A stretch of DNA of 64,000 nucleotides, taken from Octopus sinensis (lineage: Eukaryota). The stretch is taken from positions 37,882,001 to 37,946,000 of the forward strand of contig NC_043006.1 in assembly GCF_006345805.1 (NCBI RefSeq). The letters are read 5' to 3'. The notes under the pieces are model-generated. The model searched no databases and was not told the DNA's origin. It worked only from the letters and a program-made list of their open reading frames with translations. Below, piece after piece: positions 1 to 10,635 of this stretch (its first letter is position 1; each line of letters opens with the position of its first letter). A program made the position numbers and the translations under genes.

Positions 1-130
1 TTTAGATTTAAACTGCCCAGATCCAGCCTCTAACACCTACTTTACAATGCCATTCTAAAAATAGTCACATCATTGAAATCTCAAAGCAGGGAGATAATGC
101 AAGATCAATTATAAACAACGAGAAAAAAAT
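1..130. mobile_element. Partial TTAA-type (piggyBac-like) MITE, cut by the window edge
   Basis: Similar to internal sequence at 18826-18970 and 55090-55488 (ccagcctct.acacct...acattctaaaa...gaaatctcaaagc). Confidence 0.6.
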
Positions 131-189
131 AAGCCCTGCATTTGTCAGAATAGTATGGACACGAAATGGTTAACCATTGTGATTATGCT

Positions 190-400
190 TTCTCTCTAAC
201 ACATTGTCTCACAACCCTGAACACTTCAGTCCTCTAATCTTTAGATTATGGGACACGTGCAAACCTCTTCCATTCTGCTTCCATCTTAGCCAAGTATACC
301 TGTCACCTCGTTCTTCTAACCATTTAATAATGCTCCTTATTAACACCTTCCTTCCAGGTTTTCCATACCTGTCTCTTAGCCTTTATCACACTCTTAGCCT
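190..400 (-). mobile_element. Degenerate RTE-clade LINE ORF fragment (endonuclease-RT linker)
   Basis: Minus frame reads AKRQVWKTWKEGVNKEHY*MVRRTR*QVYLAKMEAEWKRFARVP*SKD*RTEVFRVVRQCVREK with 4 in-frame stops; resembles the RTE linker as recalled. Confidence 0.6.
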
Positions 401-991
401 ATTATTACTGCTGTGATGTTGTTGTTGCTGGTGGTGTTGGTGGTGATGTTGGTGGTAGCAGTACCCTGGTGTAGCAAGAAGGGGAGGGGTAGATGTATCT
501 GGTACAGGAGTCATGTGCCTAACAGAAGGATACAGAGAGATAGAGAGTGTGGGTGGCTGAGACTTCTTATCAGAGGAAGGAAGCAGAAGAAAAGAAAGAT
601 TTCCAGTGTAGATGGGGGAGAGGGGGGGAAGGTTTGTGTGGGTGCATCCTGAATAAGTGAAGCCTCACAGTGAGGAGAAAGAGAGAAAGAGAGAGAGCGA
701 TAAAGAGAAAGAGAGAGAGAGATAGAAACATATCAAGGAGAACAATTTAACAAACTACACACACACACAAATGTGTGTATGCTTGTGTGTGTTTGAGTGT
801 GCCAGTTTGTCTGTGGGTGTTTGAGTGTGTGTGTGTGTGTATGTGTAAGCGTGTGTATGTGTGTGTGTATCTGCACGTGTTATTTTTACTTGGCAAAGTT
901 TGACACAGATTTTGAGGAATTTCTTGCAAGCATTAATGTTTTATTCTACTTACATGACTTGAGTGACTCTTTAACTGATCCACACATGCAT

Positions 992-1024
<33 letters not shown>

Positions 1025-1084
1025 CATACATGTGTGTGTGTGTGTATATATATATATATACAGGGAGATTCAGAGTGTGACAAA

Positions 1085-1131
<47 letters not shown>

Positions 1132-1147
1132 CATACATGTGTCTGCA

Positions 1148-1211
<64 letters not shown>

Positions 1212-1249
1212 AGATGATGATGATACACACACACACATAGATGGCACTT

Positions 1250-1535
1250 TATCGGTTATGATGACAAGGGTTCCAGTTGATCTGAACAACAGAACAGCCC
1301 CTGCAAGTAGCTGAGTACTCCACAGACACATGCACCTTTAATGTAGATCGCAGGGAGATTCAGAGTGTGACAAGGTTGGCCCTTTTGAATTACAGGTATT
1401 ACTCATTTTGGGCAGCTGAGTGGACTGGAGCAATGCAAAATAAAGAGTCTTGCTCAAGAACACAACATGCTGCCAGAATCAAACTCATGACCTTATAATT
1501 GTGAGCAGAATGCCCTAACCACTAAGCTGTGCACA
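1250..1535 (-). mobile_element. tRNA-derived CORE-type SINE, family C
   Basis: On minus: A-box-like tggttagggc and B-box-like gagtttgattc, then gtgttcttgagcaagactcttt (CORE-like), then a tail ending gaacccttgtcatcataac. Other copies at ~25810-26140(-), 54995-55670(-), 61185-61475(-), 28770-28965(-, partial). Confidence 0.75.
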
Positions 1536-1547
1536 TTCAGACATGTG

Positions 1548-1602
<55 letters not shown>

Positions 1603-1980
1603 AATAGAGATCATCATCATCATCATCAACATCATTATTTAATGTCTGTTGTCTATACTGGCATGGATTGGACATTACATACAGAGTAACTATATCATTG
1701 ATCTATCTGTCTGTCTGTCTATCTTCTTTTATTCTTTTACTTGTTTCAGTCATTTGACTGCGGCCATGCTGGAGCACTGACTTCAGTCAAACAAATCAAC
1801 CTCAGGACCTATTCTCAGTAAGCCTAGTACTTATTCTATTGGTCTCTTTTGCTGAACGACTAAGTTACGGAGACGTAAACACACCAACAAGCTGTTAAGC
1901 GATGATGGAGGACACACACAAATACATACATATACATGCACACACACACATATATGCATATACAATGGGCTTCTTTCAGA

Positions 1981-2223
1981 TGAAATACCTATTTCTTCAC
2001 TACCCACAGGGGGCTAAACACAGAGAGAACAAACAAGGACAGACAAATGGATTAAGTCGATTACATCGACCCCAGTGTGTAACTGGTACTTATTTAATCA
2101 ACCCTGAAAGGATGAAAGGCAAAGTTGACCTCGGCAGAATTTGAACTCAGAACGTAGCAGCAGATGAAATACCACTAAGCATTTCACCCAGCATGCTAAC
2201 GTTTTTGCCAGCTTGCCGTCTTA
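1981..2223 (-). mobile_element. tRNA-derived SINE, family B
   Basis: On minus: taagacggcaagctggcaaaaacgttagc head, gagttcaaattc B-box, central gaggtcaactttgcctttcatcctt...aagtaccag domain. Other copies at ~22371-22575(+), 22731-22950(+), 27960-28175(-), 30075-30290(+), 54250-54395(+), 58345-58965(-, three in tandem), 60410-60560(+). Confidence 0.75.
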
Positions 2224-2321
2224 GGCATCAGGCATCTTAGTCCTTTGTCATCATCATCATCCTCATCATTTAATATCTGTCTTCCATGCTAGCATGGGTG
2301 GGATTAATACACACACACATT

Positions 2322-2602
2322 AGCCTCGTCTGGCACCTGTGTCGGTGGCACATAAAAACACCATCCGAGCGTGGCCGTCTGCCAGCCTCGTCTGGCACTG
2401 TGTCGGTGGCACATAAAAACACCATCCGAGCGTGGCCGTCTGCCAGCCTCGTCTGGCACTGTGTCGGTGGCACATAAAAACACCATCCGAGCGTGGCCGT
2501 CTGCCAGCCTCGTCTGGCACCTGTGTCGGTGGCACATAAAAACACCATCCGAGCGTGGCCGTCTGCCAGCCTCGTCTGGCACCTGTGTCGGTGGCACATA
2601 AA
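2322..2602 (+). repeat. 61-62 bp minisatellite, ~4.5 copies
   Basis: Unit gccagcctcgtctggca(c)ctgtgtcggtggcacataaaaacaccatccgagcgtggccgtct restarts at 2381, 2442, 2503 and 2565; copies differ only by a 1-nt indel. Confidence 0.95.
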
Positions 2603-2775
2603 ATCACCCACTACACTCTCGGAGTGGTTGGCGTTAGGAAGGGCATCCAGCTGTAGAAACACTGCCAGATCTGACTGGACTGGTGCAGCTTTCGGGCTCC
2701 CCAGACCCCAGTTGAACCGTCCAACCCATGCTAGCATGGAAAGCGGACGTTAAATGATGATGATGATGATGATGA
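2322..2775 (+). mobile_element. (GAT)n-tailed SINE-like element, family D, with internal minisatellite
   Basis: Conserved 3' block ggcgttaggaagggcatccagctgtagaaac...ccaacccatgctagcatggaaagcggacgttaaa(tga)n. About 20 copies, e.g. 9895-10135(-), 10930-11240, 11680-12110, 12905-13455, 21225-21377, 22060-22335, 23400-23780(-), 24500-24780, 26180-26680(-), 35772-36205, 44269-44421, 57520-57960(-). Confidence 0.8.
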
Positions 2776-2784
2776 TATCATATA

Positions 2785-3137
2785 TTCTTTTACTCTTTTA
2801 CTTGTTTCAGTCAAGGAAATTGACCTCTGGACTTATTGTTTGTAAGCCTGGTATTTATTCTGTTGGTCTGTCCTGCTGAACCACTAGGTTACAAGGACGT
2901 AAACACACCAATATCAATTGTCAAGCAATTGTGTGTGGGGGGGGGGTGCAAACACAGACTCAAAGACAAATACATATATACACATATATATATGATGGGC
3001 TTTCGGTTTCCGTCTACAAAACCGACTCACAAGGCTATAGTAGACAACTCTTGCCCAAGATGCTATGCAGTGGGACTGAACCTGGAACCACATGGTTGGG
3101 AAGCAACCTTCTTACCACACAGCCACTCCTGCACCTA
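2785..3137 (-). mobile_element. tRNA-derived CORE-type SINE, family A (internally deleted copy)
   Basis: Head aggtgcaggagtggctgtgtggtaag...ggttcagtccc, CORE-like tcttgggcaagagttgtct, internal microsatellite, tail ending gactgaaacaagtaaaaga. Confidence 0.8.
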
Positions 3138-3925
3138 TATAAATATATATTTTTTTTCAGGATTAAATAAAAAAGAAAACAAATGGAAAATATGAGATAC
3201 CTATGTATATATAATTAAAAAAAGCATGTAGTAAATAAACAAACAAGCATATACTAAATACGCAGACAAACAGAAAACACAGAAGACCACCAACTCTTCA
3301 TGAGTTATTGGTCAAAGGGTCAAACAATTTTGGCCATTGTTGATAATATTGCTTCCACTCTGGAGACATTGGCAAGAAGCTTGCTGGGAATGGGACCAAA
3401 ACATATGAAAATGAGACAGGCTCAAGATGAGACTATTAGTGGATGAACAAGGGGCAAAACAATAACAGAATAAAGGCTTAGGACCAGGCAAAGACATCAA
3501 TTAATACTGATAATAATAATACATATACAACAAAAAATAAAAAGCCTTGCAGCTGCAAGACAAGATGAAAGTGGGTAACGTGAAGGAGTAATATATATGT
3601 ATGTATATATATATATATATATATATATAAATTATATACAAAATAAGAAAATGGAGGAATAGATTCCTTACAATCATCAACTTACAGATAATATATATAT
3701 AAATTACGATGATGATGATGATGATATATATAGATGAGTGTATTTTTACCTTGTTAACAACACGGAAAAAAAAAATAAATAGTTACCAGGGCAGCAAAAA
3801 TCTCACAAGTAAAGGTGTTGTAACTCCTTGTTTATAAAGGTAGAAACTTCGTGTTTACGTTGAATATTTTGAATAATATATGAATAAATAAATGGAGTTT
3901 AACGCAGGTGTTTTCAAATATTTTT

Positions 3926-4011
3926 ACTTTCGACACATGTTTCGAAAATTCTACTGATACTATTCAAAAGAATAAATGGTATAAACAATGCAATCTTCTC
4001 CTTAGGAAAGT
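3926..4011 (-). ncRNA. Minimal type I hammerhead ribozyme, left pLTR, core mutated
   Basis: On minus: actttc CTAAGGA gaagatt...aattttc GAAA c atgt g TC gaaagt. Stems I and II pair; core has G5>A relative to CUGANGA. Confidence 0.7.
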
Positions 4012-4212
4012 GAAAAAAACGAAACCCGTCAACAAGACATTTTAGCAAAAAATGATGGATTTGTATAGCGATTGATAGAACGCTATTAATATTGTTTAAA
4101 AAAACGTTATATGATATAACGTCATAAGTAGCTAACAGAAAGAGTAGGGATATTAATAGTGAATGTTAAATATAAAGGAAATTAAAGTTTAAATTATATA
4201 TAATGATAGAGA

Positions 4213-5013
4213 CTACTTATATGCACTAAATGTATGTTTTTGCCAATGTTTACATCTGTATGCTCGCTCTATAACCGTATTTACTAGAGTATTTTTAGAA
4301 AAAATAATGAAAAATAGCTCAGAATTGCAGAGAAGACAGAATTTCTTACCTTTGTTATATGGTATCGAAATTGAGAGAATCAACCATTCTAAATGAAATT
4401 GTTCATTGTGGTCTTTTAAATCCCAAATCAGTTTGCTGAGACCGGTACTATTCCGTTTATTTCTATCCCTAAATGTTGAGTAATGGATAGAAATTCTTTT
4501 AGATAACTCTAACGATGGGCTTCCAATGTAAAATCGTACTTTATTACGAGTACTGATTATACACTGGTATATAGAATTTTTAATCTTAGAGTTACTTGAC
4601 ATAAACTTAATTCTATTGGAATTGACTTCAGATACAATAACCTTATTATTAATATTTCTAGAGGGTTGGATGGTATTAGCTAAATTAATGTTAGTATTAG
4701 TAAATGTATTAATATTTAACAGTTTGTTATTATGAGAAGAGATATTTTGCAAGAGATTTTTTGTGTTTGAAAAACCTATTCTAACCTTATGTGAATTGAT
4801 AATAGAGTAATATCTAGAATTGTTTGGAAAATTCCTAGCAATAGCTTGACGAAACAGCAGTGGGAGATTAGATTTAATTTGTCTCCCGTAAGGAATTATT
4901 AACCAAATATTTTTACTAGTATTCATAGCGTAATTACTTTTGAAGGTGTTATATTTACTTTTAGATCGATAATAGGGGATTAAATAAGGGTTATCTGCCT
5001 TCATTCGCTTCAT
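4213..5013 (-). CDS. PLE ORF C-terminal part: RT thumb plus GIY-YIG endonuclease (266 aa, RT core absent)
   Basis: KNIWLIIPY...RNFP...IINSHKVRIGFSNTKNL..NISSHNNKLL (thumb), then SIYQC..YIG..R...H...NSTGLSKLIWDLK..LEW.I...Y...CLLC..E...N...E...CKH. Open without stops in very AT-rich DNA. Confidence 0.85.
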   Translation of the reverse strand: MKRMKADNPYLIPYYRSKSKYNTFKSNYAMNTSKNIWLIIPYGRQIKSNLPLLFRQAIARNFPNNSRYYSIINSHKVRIGFSNTKNLLQNISSHNNKLLNINTFTNTNINLANTIQPSRNINNKVIVSEVNSNRIKFMSSNSKIKNSIYQCIISTRNKVRFYIGSPSLELSKRISIHYSTFRDRNKRNSTGLSKLIWDLKDHNEQFHLEWLILSISIPYNKGKKFCLLCNSELFFIIFSKNTLVNTVIERAYRCKHWQKHTFSAYK

Positions 5014-5338
5014 TCTGTCTTCTCTGCAATTCTGAGCTATTTTTCATTATTTTTTCTAAAAATACTCTAGTAAATACGGTTATAGAGCGAGCATACAGAT
5101 GTAAACATTGGCAAAAACATACATTTAGTGCATATAAGTAGTCTCTATCATTATATATAATTTAAACTTTAATTTCCTTTATATTTAACATTCACTATTA
5201 ATATCCCTACTCTTTCTGTTAGCTACTTATGACGTTATAGCATATAACGTTTTTTTAAACAATATTAATAGCGTTCTATCAATTGCTATACAAATCCATC
5301 ATTTTTTGCTAAAATGTCTTGTTGATGAGTTTTTTTTC

Positions 5339-5424
5339 ACTTTTCCGAGGAGAAGATTGCATTGTTTATACCATTTATTCTTTTGAATAGTATCAGTGGA
5401 ATTTTCGAAACATGTGTCGAAAGT
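5339..5424 (+). ncRNA. Minimal type I hammerhead ribozyme, right pLTR, core mutated
   Basis: actttt CCGAGGA gaagatt...aattttc GAAA c atgt g TC gaaagt; core has U4>C. Confidence 0.7.
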
Positions 5425-5783
5425 AAAAATATTTGAAAACACCTGCGTTAAACTCCATTTATTTATTCATATATATAATATATATATATATATATAAATT
5501 AGGGAAATACCTGACATTTCCCAGGTTGAAAGTACTTGCAAGTCTCCCAGAATTGTACTTCATGATGATATTTTCTATGTAAAAGAATACTATGAGTTTT
5601 CTTTTCACTAACATTCTGTAGTCTAACACACTATGCAACAGATACACAATCAACTTTAACAGTATATTATGTAATTTTATTATGTGAATGACACAGCTAA
5701 TTCAAGTAAATTAAATAAAAAAAAACATAGAATTAAGTAATAATAAATCTCTGAGTGAGACGTAAACAGTAGCAGCATGGAAT

Positions 5784-6060
5784 CGTGAAGTATATTTGCC
5801 ACCTAAATGTGGCGGACCCATAGGGAACGATGCTTCTGTTGTTTATAGCACCAAGAAGACATCGCTTCCAGCTGGCTATTGACACACTGTCTGTGTACGT
5901 AAAGCTAGAGATGGGAACGATGATTTCCCTTCGCAAATACTAATCGGACACAGACAGTGTGTCATTAGCCAGCTGTAGGAGATGTCTTCCTGGGGCTATA
6001 AACGACAGTAGCATTGTCCCCTATGGGTCCACTACATTTAGGTGGCAAACATACTTCATG
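5784..6060. mobile_element. Fold-back / MITE-like element with ~110-bp imperfect inverted arms
   Basis: tgaagtatatttgccacctaaatgt...gacacactgtctgtgt (5786-5896) pairs with acacagacagtgtgtc...acatttaggtggcaaacatacttca (5948-6058). Confidence 0.8.
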
Positions 6061-6312
6061 AGAGAATTAAGAGCAAGTGCAAAAAGTTTTTTTTTTTTCC
6101 ATGTGGAGCTTCTGTTTAGAGGTGCAGGTAAAACGTTTGTTTCCCAACCAAATGGATTTGGGTTCTGTTCTACTGGGTGGTGCCTTGGTCAAACAACTTC
6201 TACTAAAGCCCTGGGCAGACCAAAGCCTTGTGAGTGACTTTGGTGGGTGGAAACTCATATCCCATTGTGTATGTGAGTATGTGTGCACCTATTTTCTTGC
6301 CTTGGCATCAAA

Positions 6313-6514
6313 TACGAGGGGGTGCTGAAAAGTTCCTGGTTTAGGGTAAAAGAAAATACAGGAGGATTAGTTAATTATTATTTTATTCAACATATTCCCC
6401 TCTCAGAGTCCACACACTTATTGCAACAGTCCTTCAATTTTTCTAAGTCCTGTAAAAGAACTTGGAAGTCCTTTTGCGATACCCTTACAACCAGGAACTT
6501 TTTAGCACCCCCAC
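6313..6514. mobile_element. Mariner-type MITE
   Basis: TA then cgagggggtgctgaaaagttcctgg; matching inverted ccaggaactttttagcaccccc at 6491-6512. Confidence 0.75.
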
Positions 6515-6764
6515 ACCTGCCCACCATAAGTCGTTAGTCATAGTCATGTGAGTGGTGGTCCTCATCTCCAATCTTTTGTGAAAAACATGTCTCGTTATGA
6601 AGAAATATTACCTTCCTTGGAAAGAGGCAAAAGTTGGCGACAGGAAGAGCATCCAGCTGTAGAAAATATGCCTCAACAAATTCCATCTTATCCATGCAAA
6701 CAAGGAAAAGTGGACATTAAAATGATGACGATGATGGAACTATTATTTTACAATATTTTCTCTT

Positions 6765-7245
6765 TCAACCATTTTGTTACCATATTTCTGTTGAGATGCT
6801 CTGTGTTTCTTTCAATTACGTTAAATATAACAAAGAATTTTGTAAAATAACTTAGTTATCGTTAAGCTAGTGTTAGGAACATAAATTGTGACTAAGGTTT
6901 GGTGGAAGATTTTAGTTCAGAACTTATGTAAACAAAACATTTGTACAACAGAATCAGAGGTGGTTTCAGCCAGGTTTGTATCAAAAGGGTTAAGAATTGT
7001 TTCTCTAATATATATTTTAACCCTTTCGTGACCATATTTCAGTTAAGTTGCTCTGTGTTTCTTTCAATTAATTTTAAATATAACAAAGAATTTTGTAAAA
7101 TAACTTAGTTATCATTAAGCTAGTGTTAGGAACATAAATTGTGACTAAGGTTTGGTGGAAGATTTTAATTAAAGACATATGACAACAAGACATTTGTACT
7201 CAGAGCCAGAGCCAGTTTCAGCTGGGTTCGTATCAAAAGGGTTAA
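6765..7245 (+). mobile_element. Two tandem copies of a ~230-bp TTAA-flanked (piggyBac-like) MITE
   Basis: Copies 6765-6993 and 7017-7245, with ends ttaaccctttcg...tcaaaagggttaa. Further copies at 15503-15731 (opposite orientation) and 53956-54186 (diverged). Confidence 0.8.
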
Positions 7246-7863
7246 GACTCAGCATGCTAAGCTACTACATCATAAGTGAGGCTCTCAAAGCTTAATGTAC
7301 ATGTACACAGTGTCACAAACAAGTCTCCATCTCTCCTTTCCCACAGAGGCAAATGGATGCCTCCTCTGAGCTGCTTCTCACTGACTGACATCTATTCCCC
7401 ATGCTTACCATCAATGACTCCCACGCCTTGTTACTGATCACTCACTCTCATTCTTACCCTCTTGTTGGTACCCATATACCATCCTTCCTCCACCACTCAT
7501 CAACAGTCATGTATTTTTTCATCATTCTCCTATCTACTGTATCATTCTGCTGTTGTCAAAAAATGAAAGCAACTTGTTATACTATACCATGCCACTATCT
7601 CTGTAGTGCTAGGCACCACTCCCTCTCTGCTGTACTATTACCAATCAACACCCCACCACCATTGTTATCATGCCCCATTCATATTGTCATATCCCATCCT
7701 TTATAAATATAGAGTGGTCAATATAAACCATAGTGACATATTGGTATGAGAACTTTCGTAAGAAAGATGATAAATAAACAATGATAATAACACAACACTA
7801 GGAATTTGATATCAATTCTGTCAACCAGTCATATCCCTTTCTCTGCGTGAGCCTTTTGTGATA

Positions 7864-8141
7864 TTAGATATCTGATTAGAATGCCATACAAAGGACTGTA
7901 TGGCATTGGGCAATATATCCATATGTCCAGTCTCATGTCTCAAGTCTCCAGCTATTTTCATAGCTTCCTATTACTTCAAGTATTCTTCTTCTTCTTCCTT
8001 GCTCTTAAAACCTGAGAGAGGAAGTAAAATTGCTAAATCATGTGAAGTGTATCACAATAGCTTGAGACTTGATACTGGACAGAGCGATATGTTGTGGAAT
8101 GCTATAGAATCCTTTGTATGGGATCCTGATTAGATATCTGA
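7864..8141. mobile_element. MITE-like element with ~85-bp degenerate TIRs
   Basis: ttagatatctgattag / gccatacaaaggac / tgtccagtctcatgtctcaag are mirrored by cttgagacttgatactggaca / tcctttgtatggg / ctgattagatatctga. Confidence 0.6.
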
Positions 8142-8995
8142 TAGGAAGAAAACCACTTGAAACTAAAGGACTACAGCTGGATGGAAGAATTAAAATTAAA
8201 TTTCTGTTTGTTTAAGTAGTGTTAATTCATATTCGTTGCTATGAATAAGGCATTCTCATGCTAAAATATCAAGCATCCTTTGTCTGGTTGTAACAATTTA
8301 TATAAACTGTGTAACGTACCGTTTTCACTTAATTATCATTCTATTTGATTATTTAACAGAACTTCAAACATATTATTTCATATATACATACATACCTTAA
8401 TACACGCACACACACTCATATGTATAAATATATTTGACTAAAGGTGGTGCTCTAGCATGGTCACAGTCAAATGACTGAAACAAGTAAAAGAATAAAAAGG
8501 AAGACAACAGCTTGATTGAGCATAATATAATGGCGCTGCTGCTGTTAATACTGGTAGGACATGTTAGTTATTGCGCATGATAAATCAGCTGATCTTAACA
8601 AATTTAAACAAGAAATTAAATTACATAAGGATTTGGCAAACCTCTGCCAAATCTTCATGAGTCCTTGCTAATAATGAAGGAAGCAAAATCATATTTTCAA
8701 TACATAAAGCATTATCAAAAGAATGTATGATACATTCTTGCTGGCATTAAAATATTAATCTCAGACTCAGAGATTTGTAAGTAGTTTTTGACAAAATCTG
8801 GTGCTTTTTTCAGAATTATGTTTTACTAACAGAAGGGTAATAATCTACAATATCAAACTACGTGCAGATTTTTTATTGTTGTTTTTATGCATTGTGTTGA
8901 ATCAGATTATGATAAAGGATCTGTTACTTAGTAGGAGGGGGGTGGGGCTGAAACTCTTTCACTCTTAAGTATCTTATTAGCTAAAATGTTCTATT

Positions 8996-9368
8996 TTATT
9001 ATTACCTCCACCTTAGTGAAGGCAGAAATATTGTTTTCAGTCGTGTTTGTTTTTATGTGGACAAGTTATCTCAAGAACCAATGGATGAATTTGGCTGAAA
9101 CTTTCAGGGATGTTTGGCCTTGTGACTGGCACGAACTGGTTAGATTTTGGGATCGATCTGGTACCGGACAAGCATTCTGGATTATTTTTCCAGTTCTTTT
9201 ACTTAATCTTTGAGAGCGATTGAGTTCATTTTTAGTATTCTCATTTTTGAGAGCAGTCGATTTCATTTAAGATATTCTCATTTTAAAAATCATCCCTGGC
9301 TAATCGTTGAGAGGACGTTGATGTTACCATGGTGGAGGTTTGCGCTCTCTGAGTGCTCTTGCTTCTAT
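8996..9368 (+). mobile_element. Non-autonomous Helitron/Helentron-type element (HINE-like)
   Basis: 5' ttattacctccacc and 3' ggtggagg subterminal inverted repeat, followed by a gcgctc-tct-gagtgc hairpin and T-rich flank. Confidence 0.65.
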
Positions 9369-10439
9369 TTTTGTTTCTGTTAGATGAGTTAGTATAACAG
9401 ATGGGTTGTATATGTGTGTGCATGTGTGTGTGAGAGAGAGAGAGTGAGAGTGAGATATGTGTTACACGCATGCACACACACACACTCCCATATATTTTTA
9501 TATCATGATTTTGCTTAGGCAAAACAGATACAGGACCCTGGTGTAGTCTTCTGCCTGGCTGGGTCCTGTCAAACTGTCCAACCCATACAGCATGGAAGGT
9601 AGATGCTAAACAATGATGATGATGATGATGATGATAGTGATACAAAAAAAACAATTGTTAGAACTCATTATACATATGCTTTAGAGTAAACAGTTAGGAG
9701 AGTACAGAGTATATTATTAATTAATTAATGACCAGAGAACAGAAATGACGTAATCAACTCCATTGGCTTCTAGCTGTTTCTGCTATAAAAAGCACTGAAC
9801 TCAAAGCTGAGTGCTTGTGCAACAGCCTACAACCTCCTTGGAGCTATTAAAGTGATGGGTGTGCATATGTGTGTGTGTGTGTGTGTGTGTGGAGGGTTGC
9901 ACCAGGTTCCAATCTGATTTGGCATGGTTTCTATGGTTAGATGTCCTTCCTATTGCCAACCACTCCAAGAGTGTAATTGGTGCTTTTTTACGTGCCATCG
10001 TCATGGGTGCCAGTTATGTGACACCGGCATTAACTACGACCACAGTTTCACTTGGCTTGATGGGTCTTCTCAAGCAAGGCATACTGCCAAAGGTCTCAAT
10101 CACTTGTCATTAGCTCTGTGAGGCCCAACATTTGAAGAACATGTTTCCCCAACTTGTCCCATGTCTTCTTGGGTGCTATTAAGAACAATGACACGCACAC
10201 ACACACACACACACACACAGATGCATGTGCATATAAGGACACATGTCATAAGCTGAGTAAGATCACACACGAAGACGGAAAGTGTCACTGAAGAGGTCAC
10301 AGATGTGTAACGTAAGATTTCCAGACAATGGACACAAGCTAGAATAAGAACAGTAATAAATGAGTGAAGAATGAATATATAGTGTGTGTTTATTTGACAA
10401 GAAAAAAGAAAATGACTACTCAAAATTCACCAATATGAG

Positions 10440-10635
10440 TTTTCAAACATCCTAGGGGGTGAGGCTACACTCATGAAGTATCGAAGAGACTTGAAAACTC
10501 ATATGCGTTTTGGCTGATGAGTACGGAACAATTGTATTTGCTGCAATATTTGCAGCTTTTAATAAAGCTGTTCTTCGTATGAAACAATTGTACTTAAAAA
10601 CTAATCCATTCTTGTTGCTTTTTTCTTGTTTATAA
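10440..10635 (+). repeat. Unclassified dispersed repeat end
   Basis: tatttgctgcaatatttgcagc...gtatgaaacaattgtac...atccattcttgttgctt matches 37483-37620 on the minus strand. Confidence 0.65.

Larger units (their letters stand above)
3876..5474 (-). mobile_element. 5'-truncated Penelope-like retroelement with inverted pseudo-LTR
   Basis: 3876-4342 is the reverse complement of 5012-5474 (about 8 substitutions and one short indel by eye). The arms overlap the 3' end of a GIY-YIG ORF, which is the typical truncated-PLE architecture. Confidence 0.9.

Noticed and set aside
747-1331. ORFs rich in YI/CV/HT dipeptides here and throughout (e.g. 23922-24431, 42078-42545, 49852-50352, 58921-59716)
   Set aside because: They are translations of (TA)n, (TG)n and (CA)n microsatellites.
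2322-2602. CRISPR-like regular array
   Set aside because: Units are contiguous with no unique spacers, there are no cas genes, and the array lies inside a eukaryotic SINE-like element; it is a minisatellite.
8530-8582. Signal-peptide-like MALLLLILVGHVSYCA
   Set aside because: Followed immediately by TGA TAA; too short and no convincing splice donor.
10282-10320. ctgaagaggtcacagatgtg..aacgta hammerhead-like motif
   Set aside because: GAAA is missing and stem I does not pair; at best a heavily decayed remnant.
10513-10545. ctgatgag...gaacaattgta hammerhead-like motif
   Set aside because: No stem I partner, no real stem II, GAAA incomplete, and the homologous copy at ~37590 does not restore it.
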